From a virus (taxonomy: Duplodnaviria; Caudoviricetes): a stretch of 64,000 nt of DNA. The notes below the pieces were generated by a model. It saw nothing but the letters and a program-made list of their open reading frames with translations. It made no database searches and had not been told where the DNA came from. A program made the position numbers and the translations under genes. The number at the start of each line of letters is the position of its first letter. Within the stretch, counting starts at the first letter, position 1. This document shows positions 28,169 through 37,192 of this stretch, in pieces. Location: IMG/VR virus record IMGVR_UViG_3300029288_000075, positions 96,001-160,000 of that record; one strand, 5' to 3'.

Positions 28169-28756
28169 ATGCGCGTATGCCCTGTTTTACTAGGCTATTT
28201 GAGTGGCCTGAGAAAGCACATTGACTTTGATTCTCCTCTGAACGAATTCGGTTTGCCCACCCAGGAGGAACTGGAAGAACGGTGCAAAGCCCAACTGGTG
28301 TCAGAGGCTACTTCACACTTGCGCGGATTCTACTGCGTACAGGAGACGCTTGCTAGGCTGGCACTGCGCTGGCCAGCTGCGGTTCTCATGCCAGAGATGC
28401 CCAAGGCGAGCATGTCGGCGTACTACTTGATGCAGGTCGTATCTTGGGTACGAGAGGTAGAGGATCTTCTTGCCGGCAATGCGTTGGAGACTGCGGTCAT
28501 GCAACGTACGCTACCTCTGCAGGAGACCGGAGGAGGGCAAGTACATCAGCAAGATGCTGAGAGGGCGTCTAGGCTTTGTTCGTACCTTGTGTTGGAGGCC
28601 ATGCCCCTACGCAGGTCCCTCAAGGACAGACGCACAAGTTTGCGGCGGGTTGGTCACTACTATGCCCGCGTGCTATTGGATGTTGGGACTAGCGTTGCCG
28701 CTGCTCATAGAGAGGCGTTGGCATTGAGCCAGAACGTGGAGGAGAAGTATGCCTGA
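28169..28756 (+). CDS. hypothetical protein
   Basis: GGAGGA RBS. Confidence 0.7.
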   Translation: MRVCPVLLGYLSGLRKHIDFDSPLNEFGLPTQEELEERCKAQLVSEATSHLRGFYCVQETLARLALRWPAAVLMPEMPKASMSAYYLMQVVSWVREVEDLLAGNALETAVMQRTLPLQETGGGQVHQQDAERASRLCSYLVLEAMPLRRSLKDRRTSLRRVGHYYARVLLDVGTSVAAAHREALALSQNVEEKYA

Positions 28757-29108
28757 AGCTAGCGCGGAAGAGCTTCCCAGCTTGTTGCTTGAGGTGCGTG
28801 AGTCGAGCACAGCCAAGAACAAGCAAGGTATGTTCGTAGGGGCTATTCAGCTGGTCTGCGTCACCCGTGACGAAGGGATCTTTGATGCCGCGGTGCAGTA
28901 CTTGGACGGCTACAAGATGTATGGCTCTACATCGGAGGAGGTGATACAGGCGTTGACGGCCGAGTTGCATGACGTGGAGGAGACTCAGGCTTCTCTGCTA
29001 GTTCGTAATGGCCTGCTCGAGCGCCGTATACGGGAAAAAGACGCCAGAATAGCTCAGCTCGAGCGTCTTCTGGGCGCCTTGGGCACGGACCTGGGCTTTG
29101 ACGACTGA
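28749..29108 (+). CDS. coiled-coil hypothetical protein
   Basis: GGAG RBS; heptad-like C-terminus. Confidence 0.7.
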   Translation: MPEASAEELPSLLLEVRESSTAKNKQGMFVGAIQLVCVTRDEGIFDAAVQYLDGYKMYGSTSEEVIQALTAELHDVEETQASLLVRNGLLERRIREKDARIAQLERLLGALGTDLGFDD

Positions 29109-29132
29109 GCGTTGTACACTTGTCGGAGGCAA

Positions 29133-29588
29133 ATGGCACATTCAAGTACAGACGATTACCCCGTTCGCATCACTTCTCCCGACTACAAGACGGCTGACCG
29201 CAGTGAGTTGGAGGCGTGGCTTAGAAAGGAAGCTGCAGCTGTAGCTGGAGGGGTCAAGCCTGAGGACAACGAGGATTCTACAACCGCTCAATACAGCGAG
29301 TTGTACGAGCCTCCAGCTGGCGCAAAGAAGCTCGTAGAGACTGCCCTCCATACGACGTACCCTAATGGGGCAGCCTCGCAGGCCACGCAGCGTGAGGTAC
29401 TGGACGGCGCATTTGCCAGTACACCAGCTACAGCCAAGGCAGAGCAAGCGCTACTTAGCGCAAATTTCGAACATGCGCGCACTGGAGACTTCGAAACGCA
29501 AGCGCCATTGCTACGTGGCGAGCGCGCGAAGGGTAAGGTAGCGCACTTTCTGTCAGACCGTACGCACTTGCTGGGGCTTGGGAAGTGA
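29133..29588 (+). CDS. hypothetical protein with K-x-A motifs
   Basis: TACACT -10 and GGAGG before ATG; YKTA, RKEA, GKVA. Confidence 0.65.
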   Translation: MAHSSTDDYPVRITSPDYKTADRSELEAWLRKEAAAVAGGVKPEDNEDSTTAQYSELYEPPAGAKKLVETALHTTYPNGAASQATQREVLDGAFASTPATAKAEQALLSANFEHARTGDFETQAPLLRGERAKGKVAHFLSDRTHLLGLGK

Positions 29589-30340
29589 ATGCAGCTGACG
29601 AATTCCTAGAGACCAAGCAGAAGACCGCCGCGGCTCGAGCCGCGCAGGATCTTCATCTTTGGCATGCGTGGGATCAAGGAGGAAGGACACCTCAGCTGCT
29701 GGAGCCACTGCTGTCCAGGTACGACTCGCTCATGAACCGTAGGGCGAATGACTGGCGTGCCCCTACGGTGGCCCCGGCGGCATTCAAAGCTGAGCTGCAT
29801 AAGCAGTTCATTCAAGCAGCACACTCGTACGATCCTGAGCGTGGTGTGGCCTTCAACACACACGTGCAGTCTCGTTTGAAGAAAGCTCAGCGGTTCAACG
29901 CCAAGCACCAAAACGTGGGGTACATACCTGAGGACTTGTCCAGACACGTAGGTCCCATGGAGCGTGCCAAGAACGAGCTTACGGACCAGTTCGGACGTCC
30001 CCCCACTACGGTGGAACTTGCGAATCACATGGGCTTGCCGCAGCGTAAGCTCACTGCGCTAATTACTCAGCTACGAAGGGATGTGCCATCGTCGCATTTC
30101 GAGTCAGATCCCACGACGCTATCCACGGGTAGGGAAGCAGACGTGGTTCGTTTGATGAAGCGCAGACCGGAGGAGTACCTGACACCCGAGGAAGTACGGG
30201 TATTTTCTCACATCTACGGCATCAACGGTGCTCGGAAGATTACGGATACGACGTCGTTGGCCACCCAACTTGGGTTGAGTCAACCAAAGGTCTCACGCTT
30301 GAAGACCTCAATCGCGAAGAAGGTTCAGCAGTACCTCTGA
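29585..30340 (+). CDS. RNA polymerase sigma factor, sigma70 family group 3-like (FliA/SigF/SigB type)
   Basis: Region 2 SYDPERGVAFNTHV; region 3 LTDQFGRPPTTVELANHMGL; region 4 LTPEEVRVF...LATQLGLSQPKVSRL. Confidence 0.85.
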   Translation: MNAADEFLETKQKTAAARAAQDLHLWHAWDQGGRTPQLLEPLLSRYDSLMNRRANDWRAPTVAPAAFKAELHKQFIQAAHSYDPERGVAFNTHVQSRLKKAQRFNAKHQNVGYIPEDLSRHVGPMERAKNELTDQFGRPPTTVELANHMGLPQRKLTALITQLRRDVPSSHFESDPTTLSTGREADVVRLMKRRPEEYLTPEEVRVFSHIYGINGARKITDTTSLATQLGLSQPKVSRLKTSIAKKVQQYL

Positions 30341-30368
30341 CGTAGAACCCACTGGGCTACGTATTGAT

Positions 30369-30397
30369 AGGCGACGTGCGTCAGCACGCCGCCTTTT
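30369..30397 (+). terminator. Intrinsic terminator after the sigma gene
   Basis: AGGCGACGTGC-GTCA-GCACGCCGCCT followed by TTT. Confidence 0.6.
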
Positions 30398-30406
30398 GGA
30401 GTTTTC

Positions 30407-31609
30407 ATGTACACACAAAGCGACTACAACGTTGGAAATGATTCAGCCACAACGGCAGCCATAGCTCGAGTGCTTGCCTACTTGCGCATCGGAGAGGCGG
30501 AACAACAGCGCCTGGTAGACCACTGCGCTCGAAACATCCCCCGGGATCGCTACGTGCATCCCAAGCTCATGAGCTTCTCCACGGAGTACAAGGACGAGCG
30601 AGACGAGCAGTTCAGCAAAGGCGCCAAGGAACGGGCAAGGTTGTGCGTCATCTACGACCGTAAGGGGCAAAAGGAGGCCATGCTGATTCATCGGCATGCA
30701 TTGAGCCACCTTTGCGAAATTGCCGGATTGGACGGCAGGTACAGGGCCAAGTTGGACGTAGACAGCGCGGATGCGTGGCGGCGCGACTTGCTGGCTACCA
30801 ACTTGAAAGAGCTGTTTGCCAAGCAGCGCTTCCTGAACAAGCTGAAGAGGGAGGCAGAGTTCTTGCACCGCATTGTGGGCAACGAGTTGCGAGCGGTCCT
30901 GACGCAGAGCTACAACAGGCACTTGGTAAGTACTGCGGTGCTGCAGCCCTTCTTGGCAGCCTGTCAGGAGGTAGGGTTGCAGCCAGCCAAGGCCACAGTG
31001 TCTGACATGAAGGTGCACTTGCAGACGTACCTGCCTTTTGCCTTTCAGCCGGTGCCTGGTGAGTTCGTAGCCATCGGCACCTGCTGGACAAACAGCGACT
31101 TCGGTGAGGGCAAGTTGCGTATCAGCCATAGCGTGCTTCGGCTGAATGGTGGCGGCAACCTCGTTACTGAGGATGCCTTCAGTCGCATGCACATTGGTTC
31201 GGTAGTTCAGGATACGGACATGAAGCTCAGCGACGAGGTCGCCATAAAGGAGCTCGAGGCCGTGGCTGCAGCTACTCGTTCGGCTGTGCTCGAGGCCATG
31301 ACACCAGACCGCGTGAACCTTCTGCTGCGTGCAATTCAGAAGGCGGCGGAAGAGAAAGTGCCGTGGTACCAGATGAAGGACCAGCTTGCCAAGATCTTGA
31401 GCAAGGGTGACCTGGACACCATTGAAGGGCTTTTGGAGGCTGAGATAGAAGACCTACCACCCCCAGGGGTAGGAAGCGATGGACAGCCTTTGCCCTCGAG
31501 GTGGTGGGCTGCGGCTGCCTTGTCCCACCTGGCGGAGAAGACGGCGGACCCAACTAAAGCTATGGAGATCAAGGCGGCGGCTGGTTCATTCTTGAACTCC
31601 GCCAAGTAG
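30407..31609 (+). CDS. DUF932-like protein
   Basis: LRAVLTQSY...WTNSDFGEGKL...LRL...RMHIG pattern; the usual VCxNG is degenerate. Confidence 0.55.
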   Translation: MYTQSDYNVGNDSATTAAIARVLAYLRIGEAEQQRLVDHCARNIPRDRYVHPKLMSFSTEYKDERDEQFSKGAKERARLCVIYDRKGQKEAMLIHRHALSHLCEIAGLDGRYRAKLDVDSADAWRRDLLATNLKELFAKQRFLNKLKREAEFLHRIVGNELRAVLTQSYNRHLVSTAVLQPFLAACQEVGLQPAKATVSDMKVHLQTYLPFAFQPVPGEFVAIGTCWTNSDFGEGKLRISHSVLRLNGGGNLVTEDAFSRMHIGSVVQDTDMKLSDEVAIKELEAVAAATRSAVLEAMTPDRVNLLLRAIQKAAEEKVPWYQMKDQLAKILSKGDLDTIEGLLEAEIEDLPPPGVGSDGQPLPSRWWAAAALSHLAEKTADPTKAMEIKAAAGSFLNSAK

Positions 31610-31627
31610 TAGGCTAGGAGGAAATAC

Positions 31628-32104
31628 ATGGCATACCTATCAGCTGACGAGCAAGAAGTTCTGCGTCTTGCTCGTACAGTCATTCGGGACATGGAGTACG
31701 ACTACCCAAACAAGGATCTGGTGTGCTCACCACAGGAAGTTTGTACCAAGCTGTCGGTTCTTCTTGGCGAGGAGTACGACTACCAGTCGAATGAGGTGAC
31801 GGCGGCTGCCGAGGAAGTGAAGAAGGGACTTGTGCTGGAGGTCTTCGAGGACATAGGGAAACTGCGCAGCCGTGCCGAGTCTTTGTCGGAAGACGGCTAC
31901 CACATCTATCCAGTGCAGTACCTGGGGCATGCTGGATTCATGTTTTTGTTGCAAGCAGTGAACCCAGTATTGATGCAGAGCAAGCAAGCAGCAGCCCTGC
32001 AAGGCTTGATGCGAAGCATACAGAGCATGCCCAGCCCCTTCGGAGATCCTACGTACGGACCAGGGCATGGCCCGGGTCAAGGGTATCGGAGGCCAGGTGG
32101 CTGA
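31628..32104 (+). CDS. hypothetical protein
   Basis: AGGAGGA RBS. Confidence 0.7.
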   Translation: MAYLSADEQEVLRLARTVIRDMEYDYPNKDLVCSPQEVCTKLSVLLGEEYDYQSNEVTAAAEEVKKGLVLEVFEDIGKLRSRAESLSEDGYHIYPVQYLGHAGFMFLLQAVNPVLMQSKQAAALQGLMRSIQSMPSPFGDPTYGPGHGPGQGYRRPGG

Positions 32105-32351
32105 TCATCCTTCTACAACTTTGGTGGTGCAGAAGGCGCAGCTAGCGATGTGCGAAGCTGAGCTGGAGGTGCACGAAGAGGCGTTGTACAACGGCACTGA
32201 CGCAACGGTGAAGCAAAGCAGGTACACCAGGCTGCGAGCCAAGTATCTTCAAGAGCATATACTTCCAAAACTACGGGAAGAGATCAGGTCTGCAGAGCAG
32301 TACCTCGAGTGGGAAGCAAGAACGAACAACCCAGCACCACGGAGTACATGA
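32097..32351 (+). CDS. hypothetical protein
   Basis: GGAGG before GTG. Confidence 0.55.
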   Translation: MADHPSTTLVVQKAQLAMCEAELEVHEEALYNGTDATVKQSRYTRLRAKYLQEHILPKLREEIRSAEQYLEWEARTNNPAPRST

Positions 32352-32653
32352 GCCGCTGGATAGAGCTCTACACCACAACGCCCAGCGGTAAGACGCAGTT
32401 CGTATGCCAGTTTTGCGGGCGCATCTCCCCGCTGCCGGACAAGAAGTGTCCGCAGCCACCGGAGGTGGGCCCGCACAAAATGGCACTCTCTTGCGAGTTG
32501 CTGGAGGAGGTGGCCATGGCACTAGAGAAGAAGCCACTGAAACTTTCAACCCTATACGTTAGCTACAACGAGACCACGGGGGAAGGCTCAGTGAGTTGGG
32601 ACATCGGGACCCAGCAAGTACAAACGGCAACAATGCGGCTGACTAAAGTGTAG
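32348..32653 (+). CDS. Zn-ribbon protein
   Basis: FVCQFCG; GGAG RBS. Confidence 0.6.
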   Translation: MSRWIELYTTTPSGKTQFVCQFCGRISPLPDKKCPQPPEVGPHKMALSCELLEEVAMALEKKPLKLSTLYVSYNETTGEGSVSWDIGTQQVQTATMRLTKV

Positions 32654-32666
32654 AAAGGAAAAGCAG

Positions 32667-33551
32667 ATGCAAGCGTACCTCGACATAGTTAGGAAGATCC
32701 TGAGTGACGGAGTTACCAGGTCAAATCGAACCGGCGTTGACGCCATCACCATCCCTGGTGCCATATTTGAGCACGACATGGCCACGGGCTTTCCTCTGTT
32801 GACCACCAAGTCGGTGCCATTTCGCTTGATAGCAACCGAGCTCGAGTTCTTCATCCGTGGGATCACGGATAAGCAATGGCTTCAGGACAGGAACAACCAC
32901 ATCTGGGACGAGTGGTGCAATCCTTCAATTGTGCCGTACGGGCACGACGAGGACACGAAGCTACGGATGTTCTTGGAGAGGGACTTGGGGCCTATCTACG
33001 GGTGGCAGTGGAGGCACTTTGGGGCAAAGTACGTCGGCTACGACAAGCCCCATGCAGGTGTTGGCATTGACCAACTAGGCAACCTGGTGCGCAAGTTGGA
33101 CACTGACCCGAGTGACCGTCGCATGATCGTATCTGCTTGGAATCCTGCAGACTTTCACCTGATGGCGTTGCCGCCCTGTCACTACAGCTTTCAAGTCACT
33201 GTCATCGGCAACAAGCTGAATCTAGGTTGGAACCAGCGTAGCGTTGACGTAGCGCTGGGCCTTCCATTCAACATTGCCAGCTACGGCCTACTGCTTCTTT
33301 TGCTTGCCCGGCAGTTTGGTCTAGAAGCAGGAAAGCTGTTTGGATTCTTGGCAGACACGCACGTCTACGTGAACCATGTCGACGGCTTGCGTACTCAGCT
33401 GTCAAGGGACCCACGCCCGCTACCTGAAGTCGATATTGCCTTCGACGCTAGTTGCGAGCGTTGGCAGAAACTTTTCAAGTGGGAGTGCGGCGACGCGTGT
33501 CTGCGTGACTACTACCCTGCCCCAAAGATCAAGTTCGACATAGCCGTGTAG
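32667..33551 (+). CDS. thyA: Thymidylate synthase
   Basis: RTG, LGPIYGWQWR, RRMIVSAWN, MALPPCH, QRSVD, GLPFNIASY, DTHVYVNH, FDIAV. Confidence 0.97.
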   Translation: MQAYLDIVRKILSDGVTRSNRTGVDAITIPGAIFEHDMATGFPLLTTKSVPFRLIATELEFFIRGITDKQWLQDRNNHIWDEWCNPSIVPYGHDEDTKLRMFLERDLGPIYGWQWRHFGAKYVGYDKPHAGVGIDQLGNLVRKLDTDPSDRRMIVSAWNPADFHLMALPPCHYSFQVTVIGNKLNLGWNQRSVDVALGLPFNIASYGLLLLLLARQFGLEAGKLFGFLADTHVYVNHVDGLRTQLSRDPRPLPEVDIAFDASCERWQKLFKWECGDACLRDYYPAPKIKFDIAV

Positions 33552-33562
33552 TTGGGCCACTT

Positions 33563-34267
33563 ATGCAGCAATGGTCTACAAAGGAGCTGCAGCGTCGTGG
33601 CCTGGACAAGCTGCAGCGGCTGGGTCACAAGTACATCATCGGAGTAGATGAGGTAGGCTATGGCTCTTGGGCAGGCCCTGTTGTGGTGTGCGCGGCTTTG
33701 GTACGTGCGGATTGGCGCAATGTGCGCATCAAGGACTCCAAGAAATATGGCAGCGGTATGGAAGGCAGGGCACGCAGGGAATCAGCGGCAAGGCTCTTGA
33801 CTCCTGACGTAGTACTGGTGCCTAGGTTGTTGCAGTACGACCGCGATGTGATTGACAAGTACGGCGTGAACAAGGCCCGAGACATGCTGGTGGTACAGGC
33901 AGTTACGTACTGCTTGGAGAAAAAACCTGGTACTCCCGTCGTTATGGACGGAAACCAGTTACCCAACGAACTACTTGGGAAGGCGATATGCTTTCCCAAG
34001 GCAGACTCTTTGGTGCCCGCCGTGAGTGCCGCCAGCGTCATGGCCAAGGTCTATCGGGATCGCCTGATGGAGCAGATGCACGAGCTGTACCCTTGGTACG
34101 ACTTCGCCTCCAACGCCGGATACGGGAGTCAGACACATGAGGAGGGCATCTTGGAGCACGGCCTATGCCCAATTCACCGCAGGAGCTACCGCAATATCAA
34201 GCAGTTTGCTGCACGGGAGTCGCAAGGAAGGCTTGCAGTTGCTAGGCTCAGAGCATGGCATCGGTAG
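33563..34267 (+). CDS. rnhB: Ribonuclease HII
   Basis: GVDEVGYGSWAGPV, KDSKK, MDG, KADSLVPAVSAASVMAKVYRD, NAGYG, HRRSY. Confidence 0.93.
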   Translation: MQQWSTKELQRRGLDKLQRLGHKYIIGVDEVGYGSWAGPVVVCAALVRADWRNVRIKDSKKYGSGMEGRARRESAARLLTPDVVLVPRLLQYDRDVIDKYGVNKARDMLVVQAVTYCLEKKPGTPVVMDGNQLPNELLGKAICFPKADSLVPAVSAASVMAKVYRDRLMEQMHELYPWYDFASNAGYGSQTHEEGILEHGLCPIHRRSYRNIKQFAARESQGRLAVARLRAWHR

Positions 34268-34470
34268 TACAACGTAACGCCAGGCTAGACGCGCTTCAGC
34301 AAGCCACCACGCAGTATGCCGACAAGCAGCGTCGGGAGCTGAATCGGCGAGTTGATGTCTGCAAGAAGATTCTGAAGGGAAGGACTGGTTCTGAAAGGCT
34401 GGCTCAAGCAGCGGTAGACCAGTCCTCCTCTTTGGTCGTTACAACCATCAATGACTTTCTGACGGGATAG
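34255..34470 (+). CDS. small hypothetical protein
   Basis: Fills the gap, helical. Confidence 0.55.
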   Translation: MASVVQRNARLDALQQATTQYADKQRRELNRRVDVCKKILKGRTGSERLAQAAVDQSSSLVVTTINDFLTG

Positions 34471-34473
34471 AAC

Positions 34474-34839
34474 ATGGACAACGAAGAAACCACGACGAGT
34501 GTTGTAAAGGCAGATCCTGAGCAAGACAAGGAAAGCAGCGGTCCGGTGGCGCCAGTGCTGAACTCCACCACGCCAATTCAGCTGTCCGAAGTGGACTTCC
34601 TGAAGTACCTGCTATCTCGAGAGAAGTTCCAGAAAGCGCAACTTACGCATGACGTTTGCGTGCGAGAAGTGCAGCGCGCCGAAGGTGACTTGTCGCATGT
34701 GGGGCATCTTCTGGGACAGCTCACTCGCGAACTCGGACAGAAATACGGTGTGGACCTGGATGCGATGATGGTGTCAGACGACGGGTACTTCATGCCGCGC
34801 CCAACGCGTATGCAGATGCCCCCGCGGAGACAACCATGA
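34474..34839 (+). CDS. coiled-coil hypothetical protein
   Basis: 121 aa, coupled to the next gene. Confidence 0.65.
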   Translation: MDNEETTTSVVKADPEQDKESSGPVAPVLNSTTPIQLSEVDFLKYLLSREKFQKAQLTHDVCVREVQRAEGDLSHVGHLLGQLTRELGQKYGVDLDAMMVSDDGYFMPRPTRMQMPPRRQP

Positions 34840-35861
34840 GCCAAATCATCGTAAGCCCCATCAGTTCAGAAGTAAGGCCCGCCTTCGAAGTGGTGAACCT
34901 GGACATCCTCGTGAAGAATGAGGACTGGTACGGATTCTTCGACCTCATTGAGGTTTGGAGATCTCGAGGTACTGCTGGGGGTCCCTACGAGGAGTTGACG
35001 GCCGAAGCTTGGCTGACGGCGCGTATGCCTCGCGCGGGCGGCGAGGTGTCGGCGGTTACAGGCCCGGTGGTCGACGTGGACGGGAAGACCATCAGCTTCG
35101 TTTTGAAGGAGAAGGACACTGTGCTGGTGGTACTATCGGGAACTCCGACCTTGGCCGGGGTTGCCACGCAGATTACGGCGCAAGGTATGGGGCGCCTTCG
35201 CGCGCACGTCGACAGCGATGGGCAGCTGGTGGTGGAGACTCAGGAACCCGGCACGGGCGCGACGCTGCGCGTGCTGCCCGGCGATGCGACGTCTATTCTT
35301 GGGCTTCCCATGACCGAGCCCGAGAGTCTTGTCTTCGGGCACGACGCGCGCATTCAGCTCCTGCTTGATGTAGGTACATATCGGTTCACCGATATCTCCG
35401 GTTCTACGGCCTACTACTACAAGACGAGATTTCGTAGTCGGTACACCGGCGCCGTGAGCGAGTTCAGCCTGCCTTTTGGCGTCGCAGAATCGCTGGGGAT
35501 CAGCCCGACCAACTTGGTCTGCGGCTACCTGAACTTGGCCACATTGGACGGAAAACCGCTGGTTGGACGGGAAGTGTCGTTGTCCAGTCCGTTCACCGGG
35601 GAGTCCGTAGAAGACCGGGTGTTGGCCGGCGGAGCGCTTATGAAACCGACGGACCACCAGGGGCATGTTGAGTTCACCCTCGTCCGCGGGCAGAAGTACA
35701 CCCTTGCCATCGCGGGTACGAATCTGGCAAAGGAGCTTGTAGCTCCAGTGGACCCCACCATCTCGTCTTTCCCTCTTGTCGGGCCCGCCGAAGGCAGTCA
35801 AGATGATTACTTCCGGGTCCGTGTACCAGTAGTCCCCGTTATGGAGCGCAGAGGTATCTAA
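34836..35861 (+). CDS. Putative virion structural protein with beta-sandwich domains
   Basis: DGKPLVGREV...TDHQGHVEFTLVRGQKYTL transthyretin/carboxypeptidase-regulatory-like pattern. Confidence 0.55.
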   Translation: MSQIIVSPISSEVRPAFEVVNLDILVKNEDWYGFFDLIEVWRSRGTAGGPYEELTAEAWLTARMPRAGGEVSAVTGPVVDVDGKTISFVLKEKDTVLVVLSGTPTLAGVATQITAQGMGRLRAHVDSDGQLVVETQEPGTGATLRVLPGDATSILGLPMTEPESLVFGHDARIQLLLDVGTYRFTDISGSTAYYYKTRFRSRYTGAVSEFSLPFGVAESLGISPTNLVCGYLNLATLDGKPLVGREVSLSSPFTGESVEDRVLAGGALMKPTDHQGHVEFTLVRGQKYTLAIAGTNLAKELVAPVDPTISSFPLVGPAEGSQDDYFRVRVPVVPVMERRGI

Positions 35862-35865
35862 ATCT

Positions 35866-36303
35866 ATGGGGGATCCTTCGTTGATAGCAGGTGTGTCGAT
35901 GCCAGGTCAGGCAACTGCCGAAGACCTATTGGCACTGGACTTCGGTCCTGGCGCAGGGGCCCCAACTTCCCAGGCATGGGAGGTAGCGTTCGACCCTTCA
36001 TACGGCTCTTCAACTCTGGTGGGCAATTCAGAGGCTGAATCCGTAACTGACTGCGGGGGATCCCCCACCCAACTCGAGATTCGGTACATCGGACACGGTG
36101 GGCAGTTGACCACGAAGCAGACTCCCTTCGTACCCGGTGCGACGGTGCATCAGTACCTGAAGAGGGTGCATCTGGTAGCTGCCCGCTTGTCTCGAGTGCT
36201 GGTGGTGGGAGGAAAACGGGTGCGGATGAGTCACGTACCTCTGCGCGGAGAGGCGATTGTTTTAGCCCCCAGAAACGCGCCGAGCATAACCCTTGGAGGA
36301 TGA
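35866..36303 (+). CDS. Protein with a C-terminal ubiquitin-like (ThiS/MoaD beta-grasp) domain ending in GG
   Basis: LEIRYI...PGATVHQYL...VLVVGGKRV...GEAIVLAP...TLGG-stop. Confidence 0.5.
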   Translation: MGDPSLIAGVSMPGQATAEDLLALDFGPGAGAPTSQAWEVAFDPSYGSSTLVGNSEAESVTDCGGSPTQLEIRYIGHGGQLTTKQTPFVPGATVHQYLKRVHLVAARLSRVLVVGGKRVRMSHVPLRGEAIVLAPRNAPSITLGG

Positions 36304-36304
36304 A

Positions 36305-37192
36305 GTGGCGCTAGCAACGGTACGTATCCGTGTTCTGAATGACATAGACGACCAGCCCATCGCGGGCGTGGTCGTTCGTGTTTTTGATAACGCCGGAGCT
36401 TTTCTAGTTACGTCTGCAGTGACAGATGCGAGTGGCATTGCTGACGTCACGCTAGTGACCGGGATCATCTACAAGACGCGGTTTTTCAAAGAGAAGGTGA
36501 GTTTCCAGCAGCCGCAAGCCATGGAAGTTCTCGACGCGCCAGCGGTGAACGACTTTGCGGTTCTGGGACACGTATACGTCCCGCCAGAGGCTGTTCATCC
36601 TCGCATGTGTTGTTGCTCCGGGTACTTCAAGGGGCCAGACAATGCTCCTATGCCGCACGCCGCCGTGCACTTCATTCCTAAGTTCGACCCCCTTCTGTTC
36701 GAGGGGGATGCGATGCTGAAGGAGCGCGTGGTGCGTTACACCGACGATGAGGGCTTCGCCCGCGTAGATCTTGTGCGCTTTGGTCAGTACGAGGTAACCA
36801 TCGAAGGGTTGGAGGACCAGCAGCGCGTCATCACTATTCCCAACGCATCGAGGGTCAATCTGCCTGACCTGCTATTCGCAGTAGTGGAACGCATAGAGTT
36901 CGATCCCCCGGGACCTTGGAATCTCGGGGTTGGGGTGTTGAACGAGATCACGGTCACCCCTACGGTGTACACGTCGGATGGGCGTGTTCTGCCGGGATCA
37001 GCCGTAACCGATGTGCAGTGGCGGGCTGCAGACGAGACCATACTTTGCGTACAGCCTACGCCAACTACCGTAGTTCTTCGAGGACTTGCCCCGGGGGTCA
37101 CTCAACTGACGCCATTGAGGCAGGACCAATCCATCGTGCGTATTCCTAACCCGCCGATACAAGGTACTCCAATCGACGTCACCGTGACCTGA
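36305..37192 (+). CDS. Putative virion surface protein: two beta-sandwich repeats plus an Ig-like domain
   Basis: DQPIAGVVVRV...TDASG; TDDEGFARVDL; DVQWRAADETIL...RGLAPGVTQL; GGAGGA-GTG start. Confidence 0.6.
   Translation: MALATVRIRVLNDIDDQPIAGVVVRVFDNAGAFLVTSAVTDASGIADVTLVTGIIYKTRFFKEKVSFQQPQAMEVLDAPAVNDFAVLGHVYVPPEAVHPRMCCCSGYFKGPDNAPMPHAAVHFIPKFDPLLFEGDAMLKERVVRYTDDEGFARVDLVRFGQYEVTIEGLEDQQRVITIPNASRVNLPDLLFAVVERIEFDPPGPWNLGVGVLNEITVTPTVYTSDGRVLPGSAVTDVQWRAADETILCVQPTPTTVVLRGLAPGVTQLTPLRQDQSIVRIPNPPIQGTPIDVTVT

Noticed and set aside
32667-33551. ThyA homologue as a base-modifying dCMP/dUMP hydroxymethylase
   Set aside because: All canonical ThyA motifs are present, including the dUMP-specifying Asn (PFNIA); no modification genes recognised nearby
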